Positions 54,800 to 64,000 of a DNA stretch of 64,000 nucleotides are shown here, one piece after another. How positions within the stretch are numbered: position 1 is the stretch's first letter; every line of letters starts with the position of its first letter. Position numbers and translations under genes: made by a program. This DNA is from Octopus sinensis (Eukaryota): assembly GCF_006345805.1 (NCBI RefSeq), contig NC_043006.1:94550001-94614000 (forward strand), in the 5' to 3' direction. The notes beneath the pieces were generated by a model. That model searched no databases, was not told the DNA's origin, and was given only the letters and a program-made list of their open reading frames with translations.

Positions 54800-55680
54800 A
54801 AATATTGTTCATCTGCAACGGGAGTTGGACGCAATATACAGGTGGGCTGAGGACAACAATATACAGTTTAATGTAGGAAAATTCCAGTCCCTACGCTACC
54901 AGCACACAAAGCTAAATGACATGCAGACAGGTTACACTGGCCCAGGAGGAATAGAAATCCCTAAATCAAAGTCAGTGCGTGACCTGAGCATTGACAAGAG
55001 CAATGATGCATCTTTTCAAGGGCATATTACCAATTTGGTAATAAAATGCAGGCGGCTGGCTGGGTGGCTGGATCCTCCGATTTTTCAAAACAAGAGAAAA
55101 GGAGACATTGATGATCCTTTGGAGGACATACGTCTTCAGCGGCTTAGACATTTGCTCCCAACTATGGTCACCACACAATAAAAAAATCCACGGCGGAACT
55201 CGAAGTAATCCAACGAAGCTACACTAGGAAAATAGTCTCGATGCAACATGCCAGCTACTGGGAAAGATTTAAAGAATTAAGACTCTTCTCCCTGGAATGA
55301 AGGTGGGAGAGATATGGAGTGATATACATCTGGAAAATCCTAGAAGGGCTTGTACCAAACTTTGGCATTGAAAGTTACTCACATTGCAGATGGAGGCGTC
55401 ACTGCCAAAGATACCAGCATCACCATCAAAATACAGGACCAGATACTGCAACAGATTGGGCTTCAAGGGCCCACAGCTCTTTAATATCGTTCCAAAATGC
55501 CTAAGCGACCTGCATGGTGTGGATGTAAGTGTCTTAAAAACAAAACTAGATCTCTTCCTGTTACGGGTTCCAAAGGAACCTACTTCATGTCAGGAAACTC
55601 AGATGAGGGCAGCAGCACCAAACTCCCTCATTCACCAATTGCCATATATCAGAGGAGGTTTCATATAATGGTGTATCTCA
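54800..55680 (+). mobile_element. CR1/L2-group LINE 3' remnant
   Basis: LQRELDAIYRWAEDNNIQFNVGKF, VRDLSI, IYIWKILEGLVPNFG, GPQLFNIVP, KTKLDLFL; frameshifted. Confidence 0.8.
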
Positions 55681-56245
55681 GTCAATGGTGGTGCTCCAGC
55701 ATGACTGCAGCTTTGCAGCTGAAACATTTTAAAATAGTAAAATAGTTATATAACAGATAAATATTATATGATTCCATTTAGGAAGAAAGTTTGTTTGTCA
55801 ACATACTGGGAAGCGGTCAGTCAGGAAACTTGAATCTTTTGAGATGATGATTTTTATTATTGCTAAGACATCATTCCGTTGATTCTTTTCTGCCGAACAT
55901 GATGTGATTTTGTACTACCGTCACTTCATTCGGAGAATCTAGAACGTCTTGAAATGTTAATGACGTTGCGGAGCATTATGGCTTCAAGCTAAAGATTAAA
56001 GTCTAAAACAAATGTCAAAATATTTAATACAAAGATTAAATTCAAACATAGTCGTGTTTTAAATCTAACGTTTTTGAAAGAAAAAATGATCTCAATATAT
56101 AAATACACAAGAACACACGTGCATACGCTACAAACATGTATGTGAACGTATGTGTGAATACGTGCATACATATATGCACAGGCATATGTGCATGCGCACG
56201 CTCAGAACATAAACACACATTCTACTATATTATGTTTGTGTGTAC

Positions 56246-56294
<49 letters not shown>

Positions 56295-56859
56295 ATGTGT
56301 GTGTGTGTGTGTGCGTGTGTGTATCTGTGTGTGTCTGTGTGTATATAGATAACAAGTTTAAGGAGTGCGTGTGTTATATGAATAATATTTTTATGATTAA
56401 ATAAAAAGAAAACAACAAATGGAAAATTTGACACACCTATATAGTTTTTCAAAACGTGTACTAAATAAACATGACAACATATACTATACACAGGAGAACA
56501 GAAAATACAGAAGGTCACCAACTCCTCATCAGTTATCGGCCAGGGAGTCAAACGCAATTTCGGTCATTATCGATAACATTGATTCCAGTCTGGAGGCACC
56601 GGCAAGAAAGTTGCAGGAATGGGACCAAAATATAACAAAACGGGACGAGTTCGAGACGTGACCGTTACATTCACTGATTTCTTCCAAGGAATGTAATGCT
56701 CTTAGCTTATTTTTCCTTGTGGCTGGCCAGATTGGAGCAATCTCGAGTATAACCAGCCGATAATCTGGAACTCGACTGAGGACAGAAAACTCCGAATGAT
56801 CCGTCCTTGTTTTCCTTGTATCGTCTGTCTGGGTGTTTTGCGTTCTTGTCCCATTTTTG

Positions 56860-56950
<91 letters not shown>

Positions 56951-56951
56951 G

Positions 56952-56982
<31 letters not shown>

Positions 56983-56985
56983 GTG

Positions 56986-57016
<31 letters not shown>

Positions 57017-57017
57017 G

Positions 57018-57067
<50 letters not shown>

Positions 57068-57904
57068 CACATATATATATATATATCTGCTCACACAGAC
57101 ATACATGTATATACACACATAAGTTTGTAAATGTAAAAACAAAAGCAAAAGAATATACACATCACAGGAAGGACATGTTTTCATAAATATTTCATTAGCT
57201 ACACGCTAAAAATTAAGTAACGACTTTTAACATTTCATAAGGCAGTCGTTCATCAGGCAAAAAGCAGAGGAAGGAAGAGAAAGAAGAAATGTGGTTAAGT
57301 AGAAAGGAAAGAAAGAATAAAATGATGTTTAGGATTTAATTGAGAATGCGGTTCACACACACACACATGCTGGCACACACCCACTCATTCGCAAAAACAC
57401 ACGCATCATTTTAAAACAAAACTAGGTACCTTGGTACCATAAGTTGAGAAGTCAAAACAGAAACAATGAGAAGACATAACAAAGAGGGAAATATCGAAAA
57501 ATAAATAAACAATATTAAGAAATCTCTTCAATTGCTCTAGGAATTTCGCAGTTTCTAGACCTGAAAACAGGACTGCTAAACAAGTGAAATCAAATCACCA
57601 TGGGGTACGGTTGTTAGCGCTTGATATATTCGTAGTGTTATGAGAGCCGCTGATTGAATCAAACATTTTCGCTCTTCTGTTCCTAATTTACTCAGCTCTT
57701 CCCAAACCACAAACAGGGTCTGAAGATTGCATAAACGCCTAATACGTTTTATAAAATTTTGTCTGTATCATTTACATTGCATGAAACTCTTAGTAGCTCT
57801 TAAAAATATATAATGTGCTCATTAAATAATATCTATTTCTCACCATATATTGGAAACGGTTTATTAATAATTAAAGGGACTGAATTATATATATATATAT
57901 AAAT

Positions 57905-57956
<52 letters not shown>

Positions 57957-57959
<3 letters not shown>

Positions 57960-58645
57960 CTCCCTTCTAGTAGAAGAAATAGCTATAATCTCTTTGACTG
58001 CTATTTCTAAATTCGGTGTGCGGTAAGGCAATTCGTTGCTAAACCCTTAATTGCTTAGTATTACTTAAATTTTCCTCGAATGAGGCTTTTACATGCCGAA
58101 GACTACTTGGTGTAATTGATAATTATTCCAAATTAATTAATTTCACCCTTCATTGTTACTGATAACCATATTCATCCCAGTAAATGACCACAGCACTTGT
58201 CTTGGCTACACGCGGGTGGGAAGGGGCTGGTGACACAAACTTTCATTCACACTTTGAATTTGGTGATACTAGTTGTGGCTTCTAGCTCGCTCTGATACTG
58301 AGTTGAGTTGGTGCCTTCTAGTATCTCAAAATTCAATATACAATCATTCATGATTGTTTGTATCCTGCGCTGATGAGAGAAGAAGTTTGGGTAAGGTAGA
58401 ATTATCTAATTCTTATGCTTTCCTAAGACTTGATTTCGAAACGTACGTCCGTAGGTGACTTAAAACTGTATGATAGATTGCCGTCAATTCATTCTCTGTT
58501 ACCTGTTTGTGTTTGCCTTTCAAATTGCTGTGTTTTTACTGAGATCTCCTTTTTAGTAGAAGAAATAGCTATAATCTCTTTGACTGCTATTTCTAAATTC
58601 GGTGTGCGGTAAGGCAATTCGTTGCTAAACCCTTAATTGCTTAGT
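57957..58645 (+). repeat. 585-bp unit with ~100-bp terminal direct repeat, containing a hammerhead
   Basis: agatctcc...cttaattgcttagta at about 57955-58060 and 58541-58645. Confidence 0.85.
58364..58455 (+). ncRNA. Canonical type I hammerhead ribozyme
   Basis: CCUGCG-CUGAUGA-GAGA...UUUC-GAAAC-GUAC-GUC-CGUAGG; 6-bp stem I, G10.1-C11.1, palindromic ACGUACGU stem III, predicted cleavage after C58449. Confidence 0.85.
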
Positions 58646-58711
58646 ATATATATATATATATATATAAATGAAAGAATGGAGTCGAACGAAGATGTTAACA
58701 AAATTCATTTA

Positions 58712-58794
58712 CTTTCGACACATATTTCGAAGACAGCATATTTTCATTCCGAAGGAATAAATGGGTGCATTATGCAATCTTCTCATCAGGAAAG
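58712..58794 (-). ncRNA. Type I hammerhead ribozyme (intact core)
   Basis: CUUUC-CUGAUGA-GAAGA...UCUUC-GAAAU-AUGU-GUC-GAAAG. Confidence 0.78.
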
Positions 58795-58833
58795 AAAAGG
58801 AGCCTTGTCATGTTGTCGAGAGAGGCTCCTTTT

Positions 58834-58916
58834 CTTTCCTGATGAGAAGATTGCATAATGCACCCATTTATTCCTTCGGAATGAAAATATGCTGTCTTCA
58901 AAACATGTGTCGAGAA
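58834..58916 (+). ncRNA. Type I hammerhead with G12A lesion
   Basis: CUUUC-CUGAUGA-GAAGA...UCUUC-AAAAC-AUGU-GUC-GAGAA. Confidence 0.65.
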
Positions 58917-60052
58917 TAAAGGAATTTTGTTAACATCTTCGTTCGACTCCATTCTTTCATTTATTCATGTACAACACACAAATTTCTACACATGAACCCG
59001 GAGTTTCTACCCTTGACAGGTCGCTTCAACCGTGTTTTCTGACGTGAATTTGCTACCCAGGTATCGGTTAAACGAATTTTCCATGCTGACGATAAACATA
59101 GGATAATTCATTCACCTACTTAAATATATATATATACATATATATGTATATATCATTCACTCCCTTTAATCACTATTCCCCTTTATCTGTTTACATTTTA
59201 GTATGTTCCCCTCTATCATTGTTTCCCTTTCATTGTTTCAAATCTTTCTCCTTCTCCCTCAACACACGCACACATACATGTATACGCATATACATACAAT
59301 CACGCACACACACACGCATATATATATATAAGCACATAAGTGCATATGTCTGTGTGTATATGCGTGTGCGATTGTGAGCTCTTGCATTTGTGTCAGTGCT
59401 TGTGTGTGTGTGTGTGTGTACGTGTGTGTGTACGTGTGCATGTGCCTGTGTGTGTGTGTGTGTGTGTGTGCATGTATATGGATTGTGAGAAGAGCCCGGA
59501 TGTTGTTGACTCAATTTAAAACCACTCCCGAAACGGTTCGAAAACAAGACGAAATTTCGAATATACACACACGCTCACATACGCACACATGCATAGAGGC
59601 ATACGTGTATACACATACGCCCGCGCACACACATACATACATACACACGTGTGCTTATGCATATATGTGTGTTTAGCGAGAGAAAAACCACCAGCTCACC
59701 AACCAGTGAAAAACTAAAAAAAAGGAGGAAAGAAAAGTGCTACGACACAAGCAGAGGTTTTGTTGCAAAATATATTTAAAAAAAAAAAATTGAAACTTCT
59801 AAAAAAAAAAAGCGATAATAAAACTGAAACAAAATATAAAAAAAATATGTATTCACGAAAATAGAACGTTGCACATTGTTCTGCCACTGTTTCCTCGTAC
59901 CAAATACCATTCACAGACTCACGTGCACACAGACACACCTAGATATACATATACATACATTCATATAGCACTATACATACATACATACACACACACATAT
60001 ATATACATACACACATATACATATTTATATAATACTTACATACATACATACG

Positions 60053-60128
<76 letters not shown>

Positions 60129-60399
60129 ACATACACATGCACACCCACACATACACGTATGCGTAATGCATGTCTATATATATGTATGGGAAGGACCTCT
60201 TACAGATCTAGCACCCATAAGTGAAGACAATGGTTAAAATGGAATAAACGAACAACATCTGCTGGAATACAGAGATTCGGATTAAATTGCACTTTTCTAC
60301 TTCTCTTCGTAAATATTTTTCGATATCTTTGCTCTTCTCTGTTATTCTTTCATTATTGAAATGTTATTTTTCCTTCCTCCTTTCACTCCACTTCATTAT

Positions 60400-60438
60400 A
60401 AACCTATTATATTATTATTATCATTTTCATTATTATTA

Positions 60439-60506
<68 letters not shown>

Positions 60507-60900
60507 CATTATTATTGCTATTATTATTATTTTTTATCGTTGTTGTTGAAGCTGTCGTTGTTGTTGCTATTGTCGTTGCCATCATCATTATCATCATCAT
60601 AATCATCATCATCGTCGTCGTCGTCATCATCATCATCGTCGTCGTCATTATCATTATCATCATCATCGTCGTCGTCGCCATCATTATGATGATGATGATG
60701 ATCATCATCATCATCATCATCATCATCATATCATCACCGCCACCATCGTCGTCGTCGTCTTTGTCGTCATCATCATCATCATCATCATCATCATAATAAT
60801 AATCTTCATCGTTGTCGTCGTCGTCATCATTACCATCACCATTATCATCATCATCACCAGCAGCAGCATCATCTCCGTCATCGTTGTTGTTATTATTATC
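60400..60900. repeat. Compound (ATT)n/(CAT)n/(CGT)n tract
   Basis: Direct reading. Confidence 0.9.
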
Positions 60901-61424
60901 AGTTGTGTTATCGTTTTGTTATTTACTCGCTTGTTTTTTTCACCGATGCTATTTTTCCTTGCGTGCTTTCATTTCGCAGCAAAGCACAGGTCTGTATGAT
61001 GCGTTGGCTGCGTACAGCATCTTGATTAGGTTTTATATTTCTCTAAAAGTTTTCTATTCTCTGAAAGTACTCTACCAAACATGTTCAGAATCTGCTACAG
61101 CTATTTTATTGAGAGCACTACTTTTCACATTTTTGACTGCTTAATATTTATATTTTAAAGAAAATTATCTCCACAATATATGATTAATGTCAAGAAATAG
61201 GAGTTACCATGGAAACAAACGTCCACTGTCTTAAAAAGAGACACATTTTGATGATGTAGTGAGATATATTCTTCATAAAAGATGGAAAGAATCAGGGATG
61301 AAATAAATTTGAGTAAAAGTGTGTCGATCCCAGTTTAATCTCTCTAATCAGCGACATTGGATGAACGACTTTATCTGTATTTTTTAAACCTTTTTCTGGT
61401 TCCTAACAAACGTGCAGTTTAGAT

Positions 61425-61611
61425 CAATGCTCCACAACCGGTATGCTACAGCACACTGGTGTGTCACGAGACGATGCTAGATGTGCCGCAGTGTAACCTG
61501 AATATAATTTCTTCCCCTATACATTTAGTTATGTTTTTAGTTCAGGTATGTCACTGAATTTTAAAAAGAGTATAAGTGTGCTGCAAGTGCAAATCAGGTT
61601 GCGGAGCACTG
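61425..61611. mobile_element. hAT (Buster/Charlie-type) MITE
   Basis: TIRs caatgctccacaacc / ggttgcggagcactg; 8-bp flanks GTTTAGAT and GTCTAGAT resemble the nTCTAGAn target. Confidence 0.7.
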
Positions 61612-61619
61612 GTCTAGAT

Positions 61620-61816
61620 CATTGGTTCTCAACCGTTTTAATATCCAGGCCAGATGCAAAGCCTGGTTTGTTTTCAGGGGCTGCACTCAATAAAAGTAAA
61701 ACATAAGTCAATTAAAGAAAAAAATATTATATTTATAGTGAGAAGGTGGTCGGGGGCCACCGGAAGGATGCTTGAGGCACCCATGCGGCTTGCTGAGCCG
61801 CGTTTGAGAAGCACTG
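61620..61816. mobile_element. Second hAT (Buster/Charlie-type) MITE
   Basis: TIRs cattggttctcaa / tttgagaagcactg; flanks GTCTAGAT and CTCTAGAG. Confidence 0.65.
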
Positions 61817-62511
61817 CTCTAGAGTCTTCTAATTTTAGCAAAATATCTAGATTTTCTCAATGGTGCTCTTATTCTTTATCTGGAATCTTCTCGCTGTCAG
61901 TGATGGTTGATGCTGCTTTTGTTGTAGATGTTATTGTTTAGTTACTTCCAGACTTACTTATATCATCATATAAGTGAGCGACACCTGGTGACTTGTTTGA
62001 CGACTTATATGGCTTGTCATGGCTTTTCTCCTGACAGAATAAAAAGACATTCTGCTGTCGCCTTCCGTCGAGTGTTTTTTTTTTATTTTCAATTTAACTA
62101 GACTTAAACAAATTCGTCATACCTAACTGGTCGTTGAGTACAAGAAGAACCGAAACAGATATTGCAAAACATCCAACGTTCTAATATTCCTGCCCAGTCT
62201 AGCATTCTGACCTACTACTTTTATTCTATTGACACCAGAATAATGAAATTCAAAGATGATACCAGTGATACCCGTTGGTATTCAACTGAGAAGCTAAAGG
62301 TCCGGTTGAAATAAACATAGTATAGTATATCTAGGACAGAGTATATCTATAGTATGTCATAGGATAAATAAGACAATGTCTCATTCGTATTTTAAAGAGA
62401 CTCTAGTGTGATTTTAGATTTGGCTCCTTTTTCTAAAAAATCAATAAACCGCATAAAATGAAGCTTTTGCTGTTGTTGGTGTCAATGTTGATTTTCATAT
62501 TCCTGATTCGT

Positions 62512-62730
62512 AAGGCGGCGAGCTGGTAGAATCGTTAACACGCCGGGAAAAATGCTTAGTCGAATTTCGTCTGCCGCAACGTTCTGAGTTCAAATTCCGC
62601 CGAGGTTGACTTTGCCATTCATCTTTTCGAGGTCGATAAATTACGTACCAGTTGCGCACTGGGGTCGATCTAATCGAATGCTTCCCCCCACATTCCCCAA
62701 AATTTCGGGCCTTGTGCCTAGAGTAGAAAA
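62512..62730 (+). mobile_element. tRNA-derived SINE, family A
   Basis: Same head and body as the 3032 copy. Confidence 0.8.
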
Positions 62731-63104
62731 TAATATTCTCGAATCGTTATTATTTTTATGTATTAAAGTCATCAGCTGACAGAATCTTTAGCGCGTCGGA
62801 AAAAATGCATAGCAGCATTTCTTCCGGTTCTCTAGGTTCTCAGTTCAAATTCTGCCGCGGTCGACTTCAACCGTCATTTTGCAGGGTTTTATAAAATAAA
62901 TTACAAGTCAAACAGTGGAAGGAGGGGCGATGTAATCGCCTTCCCCCTGCCCACGAAAAATAGCTATGCATCTGCCAAAATTAGAAAGACGTGTTTTTTT
63001 AAATATAGCTTCCGATGCAGTTCTATATTTAGAGATGAGGAATTAGATACATTATTTATATTATTTACATTTGACGGATATTTGTCCTCATCTTGTTTGT
63101 CGTT

Positions 63105-63147
63105 AACACGTTTCGGCTGATATACACTCCAGCCTTCATCAGGTGTC
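63105..63147 (-). ncRNA. Hammerhead motif with 3-nt deletion at the cleavage site
   Basis: GACAC-CUGAUGA-A-GGCUG-loop-CAGCC-GAAAC-GUGUU. Confidence 0.55.
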
Positions 63148-63199
63148 TTGGGAAATTTCGAACCTAGGTTCTCATTCCTAAGGTATTTTTCGATCTTAA

Positions 63200-63247
<48 letters not shown>

Positions 63248-63252
63248 TATTA

Positions 63253-63307
<55 letters not shown>

Positions 63308-63318
63308 CATCATCATCA

Positions 63319-63356
<38 letters not shown>

Positions 63357-63368
63357 TTATTATTATTA

Positions 63369-63410
<42 letters not shown>

Positions 63411-63504
63411 TCACTGCCTGGAATCGAACTCGGAATCTTGGAGTAGTGGTTATGAGCGCGGGCTACTAACCCCAAGATTCCGAGTTTGATTCTAGGCTGT
63501 GACC

Positions 63505-63561
<57 letters not shown>

Positions 63562-63637
63562 TAATAACAATAATAACAACAAAAAGAGCATCGAAAAATA
63601 CCTTAGGAATGAGAACCCAGGTTCTAAATTACCCCAA

Positions 63638-63683
63638 GACACCTGATAAATGCTGGAGTGTATATCAGCCGAAACGTTGTGTT
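63638..63683 (+). ncRNA. Hammerhead motif with G8A lesion
   Basis: GACAC-CUGAUAA-A-UGCUG-loop-CAGCC-GAAAC-GUU-GUGUU. Confidence 0.55.
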
Positions 63684-64000
63684 AACAACAAACAAGATGA
63701 GGACAAATATCCGTCAAATGTAAACAATGTAAATAATATAAATAATATTGCTTCCGATGGTTCACAGAATGGAATATCTGCGATAAGGATCTTTCTTTAA
63801 GACGACTTCATCCTCAGTCTTCTATTGGATAGAAATGTCTTATATTTGACAAACTTGTTGATGCCATCCTGTGGTTTTTTACATTTAAGAAAATAAAGAT
63901 GGGTTGGTAACACGTGGAATGCTTATGATCGTATCACTGCTTGATCAGGATTGCAATAGGGCTAAAAATAATCCAATGCACCGACTATCACTACGGTGAC

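Larger units (their letters stand above)
58664..58964. repeat. ~142-bp-arm inverted repeat carrying one hammerhead per strand
   Basis: Arms 58664-58805 and 58823-58964, 17-nt spacer. Confidence 0.92.
63047..63745. mobile_element. Head-to-head dimer of the tRNA-head/(AAT)n/HHR-tail element (locus B)
   Basis: ~700-bp imperfect palindrome: minus tail 63047-63198, microsatellite, opposed tRNA-like half-heads 63405-63505, (AAT)n, plus tail 63590-63745. Confidence 0.85.

Noticed and set aside
60955-61030. Strong-looking splice acceptor (ttttccttgcgtgctttcatttcgcag)
   Set aside because: No convincing donor or recognisable peptide follows

Overview
AT-rich, microsatellite-saturated animal genomic DNA. 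The SINE and simple-repeat landscape suggests a cephalopod such as Octopus (inference only). No host protein-coding gene can be supported, and most ORF-track entries are translations of simple repeats. The window is a dense collection of decayed mobile elements: an R4/Dong-type RLE LINE in (AAT)n, a Tx1/L1-type ORF2 in (ATCT)n, a separate gag-like ORF1-only fragment, CR1/L2 remnants, several Penelope-like elements (PLEs), a Helitron Rep remnant, mariner (DD34D) and maT (DD37D) transposons, hAT and piggyBac-like MITEs, and three tRNA-derived SINE families. The main signal not captured by the ORF track is about 17 minimal type I hammerhead ribozyme (HHR) motifs, intact or decayed, from at least six sequence families. 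These include a tRNA-headed, HHR-tailed element found twice as a head-to-head inverted dimer, a palindromic double-HHR element, and recurrent catalytic-core variants. All folds were read by eye and none was computed.
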